Below, in pieces: positions 18,068 to 27,177 of a DNA stretch of 51,075 nt. Source of the stretch: an uncultured Hyphomicrobiales bacterium (GTDB lineage: Bacteria; Bacteroidota; Ignavibacteria; Kapaibacteriales; UBA2268); assembly GCA_964499465.1 (NCBI GenBank), contig CAZCLJ010000002.1:1-51075 (forward strand), in the 5' to 3' direction. How positions within the stretch are numbered: position 1 is the stretch's first letter; the number at the start of each line of letters is the position of its first letter. Both the position numbers and the translations under genes were made by a program. The notes under the pieces are model-generated. The model ran no database searches, was not told the DNA's origin, and saw only the letters and a list, made by a program, of their open reading frames with translations.

Positions 18068-19567
18068 TTATTTGGTGTAAAAAACCGAACTCGCCTCCTC
18101 TGACGCCTCGTTGTATTCTTTCAAAAAATCAGAATAGCTAACGGAAAAATAATTTTTTAGCAATTCGTGCCCCGGCTCCTTGGACAATTTCTTCATTTCC
18201 CTGTAAATAACATAGTCGTTGCCGATATTCATTTCAAAGCCGATAAGATACGGCGCAATAACAGGAAGAATAACTACCGGCGCTACAATATCCTCAAATT
18301 TATTTCCGGAGATATCAATCATGGACTCATTCAAATACATTTTTTTACTCAAAAAATATTTTGCCAGACTAAAATCAAAATCGCCGCCAACATCATTTTT
18401 AACTATATCCAAATGCTTAAAAAATAAAGCGGCATTTTTAGACGACCCTATCATATCCTCATTGGCCGACCACAAATACATCTTTAAAGATTGCGATCCG
18501 CCCCCCATGCTATCCAATTCTTTGGTTTTAGCCCTGATAATCGCCGCTTCCAGGCTGTCTTCGCCGTAAATTTGTGTCAAAACGCCAAATGCTTTGCGGA
18601 TCATACTTTCACCAACTGATCTAACCACCGAACTATCGCCTCCGGCATCAATCATCTGATTGCCGGCCAAAAGCAAATTATTTAAATAATTCTTTGCCTC
18701 TTCTTCTGAGCCAGCCTCGTATTTCAGCAAAGCTGTTTTGGCGACTCCATACGAAAAATACCTTAAACCGTTTAAAGGCAATGTCATGGTTGCGCCGGTT
18801 GCCCTGGCCTTTTCTGATAAAAATTCTTTAGAAAAACTTAAATAGTCTTTGCCGGCAATAGCGGAAAGAATATCCATTTGCTCTTTGGTCGGGACAATAT
18901 ACGACAGCTGCTCGCCCGAATCGGTTATTCTTTCGCTATTATCAGTCAGTTTGGCCAGTTTGGCTATTTCCCTGGCGGAATTATTATTTTCCAACTCTCT
19001 TTCGCCGACGATCGCGCTCAAATCAAGCTTGTGATAATAAGTGAAATCATCGCTGACTTTAATTTTTTCATACTCTTTTTGATAATCAATAAAAGACGGG
19101 ACGAAAGCAATTAAATATAATATAAGAATAACAATTCCCAATACCGCTGCCGACAGCCACGGCCGCGGCCAAAAAGCCTCGCGATAGACCAGGCGGCAAA
19201 AATAGTGATAGATATAAGCAAGGATTAGCATTAAAAATATCATGCTTGCCGACCAGCCTTTAAAAAATATCAGCGGTAAAACAATCAGGCAAGACAGAGC
19301 GAAAATATTTAACGCGTAAAAAAGCAGAAACAAACGATGTTTAGTTAAAACATCAGCTTCTTTTCGCTTGATAGTTTTAATCGCTAAAATAAACGACGCA
19401 ATAAAGACCAAAAGATTGAATAAAAAATTCAGTCGAAGAACATCGAATAATTTATCTACTCTAAAAATCACATTAACCAAGAGATAATAAACGGCCAGCG
19501 ACGCGCCCAGATAAAGCGCATGCCAGAAGATAAGCTTCAAGGAAGCTAAATACATTTTTTTGTTCAT
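18068..19567 (-). CDS. Hypothetical membrane protein (~500 aa) with N-terminal TM helices and a C-terminal soluble domain
   Basis: The likely start, MNKKMYLASLK at 19567, forms an ATGA overlap with the upstream gene. The track ORF extends to 19642. Confidence 0.6.
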   Translation of the reverse strand: MNKKMYLASLKLIFWHALYLGASLAVYYLLVNVIFRVDKLFDVLRLNFLFNLLVFIASFILAIKTIKRKEADVLTKHRLFLLFYALNIFALSCLIVLPLIFFKGWSASMIFLMLILAYIYHYFCRLVYREAFWPRPWLSAAVLGIVILILYLIAFVPSFIDYQKEYEKIKVSDDFTYYHKLDLSAIVGERELENNNSAREIAKLAKLTDNSERITDSGEQLSYIVPTKEQMDILSAIAGKDYLSFSKEFLSEKARATGATMTLPLNGLRYFSYGVAKTALLKYEAGSEEEAKNYLNNLLLAGNQMIDAGGDSSVVRSVGESMIRKAFGVLTQIYGEDSLEAAIIRAKTKELDSMGGGSQSLKMYLWSANEDMIGSSKNAALFFKHLDIVKNDVGGDFDFSLAKYFLSKKMYLNESMIDISGNKFEDIVAPVVILPVIAPYLIGFEMNIGNDYVIYREMKKLSKEPGHELLKNYFSVSYSDFLKEYNEASEEASSVFYTK

Positions 19568-20256
19568 ATGGAAAAATAATTTATAAACACCCAAAAAATC
19601 AAAATTATCAATAACGCAACAAATATGTAAACCAAATTCCATTTGTCTTGTTTTATTCCTTTTTTCTCAAATCTGTAAAAATAAAAAGAAGAGACCAGCC
19701 AGGAAATAGCTACCGCGCTGTAAAGAATCAGGTTGGAAGCCGGATACATTTTCTTGAACAGATTAAAATCCAAAAAGGCGATTTGCAGATAATTGCGGAT
19801 CATGGAAATTACGAGAATGGCAAAAATAAGATAAAGAAAGTTGATTATAACTATCTTGGCTTTACCGATATTTTTCTCCGCTAAAACAGTTTTGTCAATT
19901 TTTTCTTCGGCGCGGTTTTTCTGCCGGCCGAATTTTTCTTTGAATATCGCAATCACGCTCCCGATCAGATAACCCAAGAAAAAATATTGAGCCAATCCGG
20001 CCGAAAACAATATCACGAATTGCGGCATTAAGCTGTTTGAAGAGAAGGAAATATTAAGATTCCCTGAAAGAGGCAGCACTAAAGAAGACGGGAAATGCAA
20101 TATCATCATCCCAAAAAGACCTTCAGCCAAAGAATCATTTTTGGAGTAAGTGAAAGCGCAAATAATAAACCAGGCCCAAAGAGCCAAATCCAATACAGCC
20201 AAAACCAAACCGCTGATTACGGGAATTGATAGTTTATTTTTAAATATTTTAATCAT
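19564..20256 (-). CDS. Hypothetical polytopic membrane protein (230 aa)
   Basis: ORF with about 6 hydrophobic segments, translationally coupled to the next gene. Confidence 0.6.
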   Translation of the reverse strand: MIKIFKNKLSIPVISGLVLAVLDLALWAWFIICAFTYSKNDSLAEGLFGMMILHFPSSLVLPLSGNLNISFSSNSLMPQFVILFSAGLAQYFFLGYLIGSVIAIFKEKFGRQKNRAEEKIDKTVLAEKNIGKAKIVIINFLYLIFAILVISMIRNYLQIAFLDFNLFKKMYPASNLILYSAVAISWLVSSFYFYRFEKKGIKQDKWNLVYIFVALLIILIFWVFINYFSI

Positions 20257-20359
20257 TTAATTTAAATATACCATTATAACCAAAAACGGTAAATAAAGGC
20301 GATTATTCCAAAACGCCGGTCAGGTGGTATAATATGATTATAATTTAACAAAAAACTCT

Positions 20360-21307
20360 ATGAAAAAATTAATAATCGTTATCGCGGCCATTATTCTTGT
20401 TTTTTCCCTTGGAGCGGCCGTAACAAAATTCACGGTTTTTGATCTGGTTCAAGTCGAGCCGAAATTTAAAGAAGAAATTATTAATAAGACTGAAAAATAT
20501 CTTGACAACCCATTCGAACGCCTTGCTCTTTGGACAGGCAAATGCCGAATAACTTCAGCCCGACCGCCTTTTTCCGCAGAAGCGGAATGTTTTACTCTGT
20601 TCAGAATTCCAATCGGCGTCCTGCGCGGCCAGCCGAATATGAAAGTCGGAATATTTCTCAATTCTACCACGGACAACGAGAAGACAAACCAAGAAGTTGA
20701 AAAAATCAACAAAGCCGAAGAAGCAATCAGAGAATTTGCCGGCAAACCGGAATTGGAATTGCAATATATGGAATACAAAAACAATCCTTCCAGTTTTACA
20801 GTTGGAAAAAGCAACAGCTTAGCCGAGGGTGTTTTCGCTATAACTCCGGAAACCGGATGGAACAGGCCGGTCTATGTTTTTGATCAAAAAGAATTCGTCA
20901 ATTCAGGCTGCCAGGTTTATGAATACGAAGTCAGCGCGGAAACTTTTCAAGTCATTGAGGTCCAATTGATAAAACCAAAGTGGCTTTTGGCCGGTAGGGA
21001 TGATTGCTCGAAATTCGGCTCTATGAACGAACCGGCCTTAACAGAAGAAGAACTGGATCAGGCTTATCGCGCCGTCTTAATGAGAGATATGGATCATAAT
21101 TCAAGAATTTTTTACAGCTCCAAATACGTCTGGCCGAAACGCAACCCGAAAAATCCCGATACGATCGAATGGTTTTGGGAATACGAAAATATTTCCCTGC
21201 CCGAAGGCTTGACCGGCGACCCATTTCAGCATCCGGTTATCAGAATAATAATGTCATCCAACGGAAAATTGGTTTATTACCTAAACACCACCGATTTATT
21301 TAACTAA
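20360..21307 (+). CDS. Hypothetical secreted or membrane-anchored protein (315 aa)
   Basis: N-terminal anchor MKKLIIVIAAIILVFSLGAAV. No family recognised. Confidence 0.6.
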   Translation: MKKLIIVIAAIILVFSLGAAVTKFTVFDLVQVEPKFKEEIINKTEKYLDNPFERLALWTGKCRITSARPPFSAEAECFTLFRIPIGVLRGQPNMKVGIFLNSTTDNEKTNQEVEKINKAEEAIREFAGKPELELQYMEYKNNPSSFTVGKSNSLAEGVFAITPETGWNRPVYVFDQKEFVNSGCQVYEYEVSAETFQVIEVQLIKPKWLLAGRDDCSKFGSMNEPALTEEELDQAYRAVLMRDMDHNSRIFYSSKYVWPKRNPKNPDTIEWFWEYENISLPEGLTGDPFQHPVIRIIMSSNGKLVYYLNTTDLFN

Positions 21308-21387
21308 TAGCGATTTTAAAAATCAAGATTATTTAATGATAACGGGCTTAAAATCATTTTTTCAGTTTACCAACGTTTACCATTTTT

Positions 21388-21465
21388 CATCATCTTTTAT
21401 CGCTTTTTGGGCACAGGGCGGGCACAAGTCCGCCAATGCAATACAGGGAAAGCGATAAAATGATG
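21388..21465 (+). repeat. Heptad/inverted-repeat element, copy 1
   Basis: Long inverted repeat CATCAT(CT)TTTATCGCTTT / AAAGCGATAAAATGATG. It encloses GGGCACA-N4-GGGCACA (21409-21415 and 21420-21426), a GGCGG/CCGCC hairpin and GCAATACAGGGA. It ends 6 nt from the stop of the minus-strand gene at 21472. Confidence 0.6.
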
Positions 21466-21471
21466 GCGGGA

Positions 21472-21984
21472 TTAAACTTTTATTTTATTAATATCGTCAA
21501 AAGTTTCTAAGCCTAAATCCCAGGCATCGCGACCTTTCTTCCATAGCTTCCAATCCTTGTATGGAGATTCCGGGGTTATTTCCCCTTTTATTGGTTCGCT
21601 GTTTTTATTACTGGCATCAAAAATATACCAGCCGTCGGATAATTTTATTTCGGCAACCGAATGGACCATTTTTTCTTTTCTCAATTTAACGAATCTTGTT
21701 TCCAGCCCCAATGCTCGGCAAAAAGAAATAAACAAAACTACTAGATCAGTGCAAGCTTTCCCCTTATAGACATAACTATCATCGAAAATTTCCGAGGCGG
21801 TTCTTTTCCAACGTATTGATTTTTCATGTTCTGCGGTCGAATCGTTGAACGGCCTGATATCAATCTTGGAAAACATGCGATTGCGAATTTCTACCAACGT
21901 ATTATTGTCGGCCGGCAATTTTAAATCGCTGACAAACAATTTAATATTTCCGCTAAAGTCGACTTGTGATTTTAAATTATTCAT
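21472..21984 (-). CDS. Transglutaminase-like (papain-fold) domain protein
   Basis: Putative Cys/His/Asp triad context: GKACTDLVVLFISFCRALGLETRFV ... VHSVAEIKLSDGWYIFDAS. Confidence 0.6.
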   Translation of the reverse strand: MNNLKSQVDFSGNIKLFVSDLKLPADNNTLVEIRNRMFSKIDIRPFNDSTAEHEKSIRWKRTASEIFDDSYVYKGKACTDLVVLFISFCRALGLETRFVKLRKEKMVHSVAEIKLSDGWYIFDASNKNSEPIKGEITPESPYKDWKLWKKGRDAWDLGLETFDDINKIKV

Positions 21985-22068
21985 AAAATTATTAACTAAT
22001 ATTGATTATATTATACTATTTTAATCATAAAAATCAATCATACATAAATTTTAATCAATAAAAAAATA

Positions 22069-22103
22069 AGCTATTAAAAGGAGTTGATTTCCCATTAATA
22101 GCT
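22069..22103 (-). terminator. Hairpin terminator downstream of the rSAM pseudogene
   Basis: 9-bp stem AGCTATTAA/TTAATAGCT, followed by a T-run on the minus strand. Confidence 0.45.
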
Positions 22104-22204
22104 ATAGATCATACTTGTATACGAATAAATTCCTTTCTGGCTATAATCTTTAAAATTTTTACAAAATCCTCTGAAATTTTTCCGCCGGAACTTTTAATTG
22201 CTAA

Positions 22205-22896
22205 CTATTCTACGGATAAAGGCAGAAATTTTTCCAACCAGCAAATAAAATTAAACATCTCTTCATTAACAACCATTAAATTACGGTGATTTCTTTTAGA
22301 AGTAATAGAATAGTATCCTTTGGTCTCTTTACGCCATCTTAGCGCGCCGACAAATTCAATAAGAGCATCTTCTTTTACTATAATCTCGTCTTGTTTCTTT
22401 TCCGGCAAACTAATCGGAGCTGTTGCCAAATGATCCATTCCTTTTACGGAGCCAGTTATGGCCAAAGCGTTCATTCTGCACCCGCCGTTGCAAGAAAAAA
22501 CAGCTGGACACTCCCCACATACATCAGGAACTGAATTTTCTCTATACTCCGCCATTTTATCCCATATTACTTCAAGAGATTCGTACAATAAATTGCCGAA
22601 AGAAACGGGATTATGAGAGCAAGGCCTTATTTCACCAACATTGGAAACGCTCACTGACATCCTTCCTGCCTGACAAGATCGTCTCATAAACGAATATTTC
22701 TTTTCCCAACACCATGCTGGCAAAAAACACTTTGGCAGAACTTCAAGAACGTCCACTTCTAGACCCAAATTTTCGGAACACCATTTTAAATCCTCTAATA
22801 AAGTTATAATTTCCGGCCCACTGAGCAACCCTTCATAATCAGGACTCTCAACATTAAGACTAGCCGGGGTAGCAGCAAATCTCTTGACGCCTAATT
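22205..22896 (-). pseudogene. Radical SAM/SPASM-domain protein, 3' part, disrupted by the IS3 element
   Basis: SPASM-type Cys clusters: CQAGRMSVSVSNVGEIRPCSHN...GNL...VCGECPAVFSCNGGCRMN. Removing 22897-24102 plus one TTT restores ...IRSTAMEMAKLGVKRFAATP.... Confidence 0.75.
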
Positions 22897-22923
22897 TTGC
22901 CATTTTGGCAGGTACCCATTTCT

Positions 22924-23748
22924 TCAAACACTTTTGTTCAGTCCGTCGACCTCTAAGGCGGCGAGCTGATAGAATTGTTTGGGGCTCATTTTCAGAGCTG
23001 TGTGAATGCGGTTATTGTTGTAATAATATATCTGGCGGTAAATCGCTTCGGCCAGCTGTCCGTCATTCTCAAAACGACCGATATTTCCCAGTTCCAGCTT
23101 GAATTGCGAATAAAACGATTCTTTGTGGGGATTCTGCCAGGGGCTGCCCTTGTCGCTCATTGACACTTTCACACCCAGACTCGTTAAAAATTCGGCATGC
23201 TCATAGGACTGGTATTCCGACCCCTGATCGGAATGGAAATATTCCGGCAGGCAATTTCTCTTTTTTATGGCATCCAGAACGGCTGCTTTCACCAAAAATC
23301 TGTTATGCCTCCGGGAAACGGCGAAGCCGATAATTTCTCTGGTATAAATATCAATAACCGTGGCCAGATAGAAAAAACCATTCTTAAATCTGATATAGGT
23401 GAAATCGCCGCACCAGACGACATTCGGAGCTATTGGAATAACCGCCGTTATCTCATTGCGGTATTCCGCCTCCGGCAGGCCGACATCGCCCGGCTTGGAG
23501 AATTTCCTGCTTTTCCTGGTTTTCGGCGCCAGGCCGTATTTTTTCATTATCCGCAATATCCTTTTTTTGTTGATTTTCAATTCCAGGGCTATCCGCTTGT
23601 GGCCGTAAAACGGATTAGAAACTAAGACATCGGTTATCTCATCTCTGATTGGAATATCTTTAGCATCCAGTTTTGATTTATAATACAACGAGGATCGGCT
23701 GATACCTATTTTTTCCGCCAATAATGATCTATTTAGTTTTTCCGCCAT
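22924..23748 (-). CDS. IS3-family transposase OrfB (DDE/rve integrase core)
   Basis: 274 aa: WCGDFTYI, HSDQGSEYQS, NPHKESFYSQFKLE, YYNNNRIHTAL. Confidence 0.9.
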   Translation of the reverse strand: MAEKLNRSLLAEKIGISRSSLYYKSKLDAKDIPIRDEITDVLVSNPFYGHKRIALELKINKKRILRIMKKYGLAPKTRKSRKFSKPGDVGLPEAEYRNEITAVIPIAPNVVWCGDFTYIRFKNGFFYLATVIDIYTREIIGFAVSRRHNRFLVKAAVLDAIKKRNCLPEYFHSDQGSEYQSYEHAEFLTSLGVKVSMSDKGSPWQNPHKESFYSQFKLELGNIGRFENDGQLAEAIYRQIYYYNNNRIHTALKMSPKQFYQLAALEVDGLNKSV

Positions 23749-23749
23749 T

Positions 23750-24031
23750 TCACGCGCCTGCTCGGTTTTTTTTCCCGCGCTCCATAGAGAGCGTCAGTCC
23801 GCCGATGATCTGCTTTAATTCCTGATTTTCTCTTTTCAGCTTGGATATTTCCATGATGCTCGGCCCGCCTTCAGTCTTGGCGCCGATCCAATGATAGATC
23901 GTATTGCGGCTTAACCCGAATTCTTCCGAGGCTTTGGGAACGCTTAACCCTTCTTCTCTTATTTTCTCGATTATCTTTTGTTTTATATTTTCGCTTATTC
24001 TTTTTGATATAGATTTCCGATGATTAATTTT
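23750..24031 (-). CDS. IS3-family transposase OrfA (HTH), with no canonical start codon
   Basis: My translation: KINHRKSISKRISENIKQKIIEKIREEGLSVPKASEEFGLSRNTIYHWI...LKRENQELKQ...ERGKKNRAGA*. The slippery run GGGAAAAAAAAC gives a -1 shift into the orfB frame (..KKKTEQAREMAEKLN..). No ATG, GTG or TTG follows the upstream in-frame TAA. Confidence 0.7.
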   Translation of the reverse strand, partial: KINHRKSISKRISENIKQKIIEKIREEGLSVPKASEEFGLSRNTIYHWIGAKTEGGPSIMEISKLKRENQELKQIIGGLTLSMERGKKNRAGA

Positions 24032-24102
24032 TTATTATTATATCATCAGCCGGCTGCCTTAGCTAACTGAACTTTTGTGTCCGAGATTCTGGGTACCTGC
24101 CA

Positions 24103-24460
24103 TTTCCATGGCCGTGCTTCTGATAAATGAATGATTTGTTTTAGTTACAACCATATTAACAAGACAAGAAATACCGGTCTCTAGCCACGTTGCTAAATTT
24201 AAAGAAAATTTATTGTAGTCGCCTCCTCTGGTAATTTGTTAGACATTTGGATCACTCGCCGGGCACGACACCAAAACACTATTAAGGTCCAATTCTTTCA
24301 TCTTTATAGCTATTTCGGGCGTAAGAAGCAATAAATTAGTATTAACCAAAACTGAAATCCCGGCTTTCCTTGTCATGTCGATTGCCTTCATTATAGTATT
24401 CGGCCTGGCAAACGGCTTCTTTGGTGTTATAACAACTATAGATCTATTAATGTTATACAT
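24103..24460 (-). pseudogene. Radical SAM/SPASM-domain protein, 5' remnant
   Basis: VLVNTNLLLLTPEIAIKMKELDLNSVLVSCPASDPNV, then an in-frame TAA at 24239-24241, then QITRGGDYNKFSLNLATWLETGISCLVNMVVTKTN.... No CxxxCxxC region is left, and the GGEP motif is degenerate (ITPKKPFARPN). Confidence 0.7.
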
Positions 24461-24536
24461 ACTTTATCATATTACGCACCTCTTATTATAGCTTGTTTTT
24501 TCTATCTCTTAAAGATGCTCTTAATAAAAAATTTTA

Positions 24537-24710
24537 GGGGAATGGGATTCGAACTAAAACAATCCCCTGTTTTAAGCGCTTTTGACTTAAACAAAAAATC
24601 CTGGCCTAAACCAGGTTTTCTTGTTTTCCGCGAACATTCCCAAGGAGCTCGGGTCTGCACGATACTAAATTGTCTCTGCGGGGTGTAAGCGATTCGAACT
24701 GTGTGGGTTG
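24537..24710. repeat. Intergenic module A, paralogous to module B
   Basis: It shares four things with 28821-28987: a GGGATTCGAAC block, a bidirectional terminator hairpin (CCTGG..CCAGG), an exactly identical 34-mer (24648-24681), and a tRNA 3'-end-like block. Confidence 0.6.
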
Positions 24711-24787
24711 GTGCGATAAAAAATTGTCACTCCTGCCCTAATTTTACTTAAATATTATATTTATTTACAAAATTAAGGACTTTAAAC

Positions 24788-25393
24788 TTATTTTTTTGAT
24801 ATTAATAATTTTCTCATCCTGTCATTATCAAACGCAATATCACCAACCTCATTTTCAATTTCATCAAGAGATATGTTGTATTTATTTTTATACAAACTGC
24901 CAACTGAACCAAAAACCGCCTCCTGAAAATTCAGTCCTAATTTATTTGCCACTTTTTCAACGGCTTTTTCAGACAATCCTTCTATCTCAATAAAAGGCTC
25001 AAAAAACGGCCAGGTATCAATAGTAATTTCTGTATCCAGTAATTTCCACAATTCGCGCTTAGTAAACGTAACGGCCTTTTTCAAACACCCAATAGACTCT
25101 AACAGCTTAACTCCACTGTCAAAATTATCAATTTTAAGAGAAATTTCTTTTTGGTCAGAAATTCCTTCACCTAAAATAGCTTTTAATGATAGGGTAATTT
25201 TATCCCCCTCGTCACGTACCCTAAGCCATTTATGATCAGATCTCTTTTCTTGCGGCAATTGAAAATTAATTCGTTTTTGATCAAATTCAGGGCGCACAAG
25301 AGTGGCACCAATTTCAACAAGTTTATCTCTTATACAATCCTTATTTATATTTAAAAACTTTGCCTCTATTTCCGCAAAATTATCATTACTCAT
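24788..25393 (-). CDS. CYTH-domain protein (CyaB/thiamine-triphosphatase superfamily)
   Basis: Signature N-terminal EIEAKF (ExExK). 201 aa. ATGA overlap with the upstream carbamoyltransferase. Confidence 0.75.
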   Translation of the reverse strand: MSNDNFAEIEAKFLNINKDCIRDKLVEIGATLVRPEFDQKRINFQLPQEKRSDHKWLRVRDEGDKITLSLKAILGEGISDQKEISLKIDNFDSGVKLLESIGCLKKAVTFTKRELWKLLDTEITIDTWPFFEPFIEIEGLSEKAVEKVANKLGLNFQEAVFGSVGSLYKNKYNISLDEIENEVGDIAFDNDRMRKLLISKK

Positions 25394-27087
25394 ATTTTTT
25401 CTACTACATAATTACCGATAATTAAAATATCTATTTTTGCTCTTAAAAACATCTTTATCGCATCCTCTGGCGAACACACTATTGGCTCTCCCGGCCCATT
25501 GAACGACGTATTCAAAACCAACGGGATGCCAGTAATTTTTCTAAATTCGTTCAACAACCTCCAAAATAAGCCATTCGAATCCGACGTAACTGTCTGCGGT
25601 CTTGAGCTTCCATCAATATGACATACAGCGGGGATAATTTTTTTATATTTATCTTTTATTTTAAAGGTATATAGCATGTACGGTGATTTTAGTTTTTCTT
25701 CAAAAAATTCTTCACTATATTCCGCCATAACGCTAGGCGCAAAAGGACGCCAAAGTTCTCTATTTTTAATATTATTAACTCTGTCGCTAATTTCTTTTTG
25801 TCTTGGATCGGCTAAAATACTACGGTTCCCCAGGGCGCGTGGGCCAATTTCCAATCTTCCCTGAAACCATGCAATTATCTTACCATTTGCTATAAAATTT
25901 GCCCCGACTTTAGCGATGTTGGTTACTTTTTTAAAAGATAGTTTATATTTAATCAATGCTCTTTCAATATCCATATCACTAAACTCTGGCCCCAGAAAAG
26001 GATTCAGCTTTGCGCCCTTAATACCCGTCCTGTTGAATTGTGTTTCCAAGGCGGCACCCAAACTAACGCCGGAATCATTAGTTGTTGGCACAATATGAAT
26101 ATGCTTGTATATTTTTGACTTAGCGATTGCCGTGTTTGCGTTACAATTTAACGCAACCCCTCCGACGATGCATAAATGATCACCCCCCACGATATCGTGC
26201 GCAATTTTTACAAGATGCAACATCACCTTCTCAAGAGTTTTTTGCGCAGAAAGCGCAATCATTTTTTCTTTACTTGAAAAAATTTTTCTCAACGAAGAAT
26301 CAACAAAAAAATCTTTTTCGTTAAATTTAAATTTTTTAATTATTTTATCTCTCCATAAACCAATCAACTGTTCCTGCTCATCTAGACAACTTTTTTTCAT
26401 CCTAACCTTTCCCAATAAATTTACCTGGATATCATTTTTATTTAGTTGGAATTCATGAAAAATTTTGGGATTTTTACCATACCCAGACAATCCCATAGTT
26501 TTTCCACTGTCAAAGTACGAAAAGCCCAGGGCTTTATTTATGGCTTCAAAAAAATAACCCAAAGATACATCTATTGGTAAAGTTAATTTTTTTTCTAAAC
26601 TATAATTTCTGCCTTCCCAAATAGATATAGCACAATATTCCCCTTGCCCATCAACAACAAGAATGGCTGAATTTTTATATCCGCTTGTGCGATAAACACT
26701 GCTTGCATGCGCCAAATGATGATCAACTACTTCTAGCTCTGGATCTCTTTTCCTGTTAAAGAGTTTTCTGGGAAAATATAAATTTAGAAGATCTTTAGAA
26801 TAGGATGGCAATTCTATATTGCGCATCTTGTATTTCAAATGATAATCCCACCCAATTGAAATTATATCAACATCATCAGGAGACAATTTTGCTTTATTTA
26901 AACAATATTCAATGGCCCTGTAAGGCAATTGTTCAAAAGCATGCCTGTATCTCGTCAATCTCTCTTCTTCGATAAAGGCAATAATCTCACCATCGCTAAC
27001 CAAACAGGCCGAAGCATCATGACTTCTTGTAAACCACCCATTTATACCAATAATATTCATATGGCTAAACATATTAATATCTATCAT
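25390..27087 (-). CDS. Carbamoyltransferase, NodU/CmcH/TobZ family
   Basis: NIIGINGWFTRSHDASACLVSDGEIIAFIEEERLTR, a Kae1-like N-terminal half, and a C-terminal YrdC-like half (RPFAPSV..., HIDGSSRPQTV, LNTSFN). The likely true start is MNIIGING at about 27060. Confidence 0.85.
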   Translation of the reverse strand: MIDINMFSHMNIIGINGWFTRSHDASACLVSDGEIIAFIEEERLTRYRHAFEQLPYRAIEYCLNKAKLSPDDVDIISIGWDYHLKYKMRNIELPSYSKDLLNLYFPRKLFNRKRDPELEVVDHHLAHASSVYRTSGYKNSAILVVDGQGEYCAISIWEGRNYSLEKKLTLPIDVSLGYFFEAINKALGFSYFDSGKTMGLSGYGKNPKIFHEFQLNKNDIQVNLLGKVRMKKSCLDEQEQLIGLWRDKIIKKFKFNEKDFFVDSSLRKIFSSKEKMIALSAQKTLEKVMLHLVKIAHDIVGGDHLCIVGGVALNCNANTAIAKSKIYKHIHIVPTTNDSGVSLGAALETQFNRTGIKGAKLNPFLGPEFSDMDIERALIKYKLSFKKVTNIAKVGANFIANGKIIAWFQGRLEIGPRALGNRSILADPRQKEISDRVNNIKNRELWRPFAPSVMAEYSEEFFEEKLKSPYMLYTFKIKDKYKKIIPAVCHIDGSSRPQTVTSDSNGLFWRLLNEFRKITGIPLVLNTSFNGPGEPIVCSPEDAIKMFLRAKIDILIIGNYVVEKI

Positions 27088-27177
27088 TTAAATACCATCA
27101 TAACAGTGCCCTAATCCTCAAGTTTACATTCTACAATATATAGTATAAAATTTATATGATTCTGTAAAATATCCATT

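Larger units (their letters stand above)
22897..24102 (-). mobile_element. IS3-family insertion sequence (1206 bp)
   Basis: Imperfect terminal inverted repeats start TGGCAGGTACCCA (13/13 identical) and share further ACAC...GTTCAGT blocks. TTT is duplicated on both flanks (22894-22896 and 24103-24105). orfA and orfB are linked by an A-run slippery site. Confidence 0.85.

Noticed and set aside
21336-21458. Small ORF through heptad element copy 1 (MITGLKSFFQFTNVYHFSSSFIAFWAQGGHKSANAIQGKR) with peptide-level similarity to copy 2 (..LISFNQLLPTFITFWATGGQPPAIQER)
   Set aside because: Copy 2 has no start codon and an in-frame stop just upstream, and copy 3 shares only the WAQ tripeptide. The similarity is equally explained by nucleotide conservation of a non-coding element. 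I keep it only as an alternative explanation to test.
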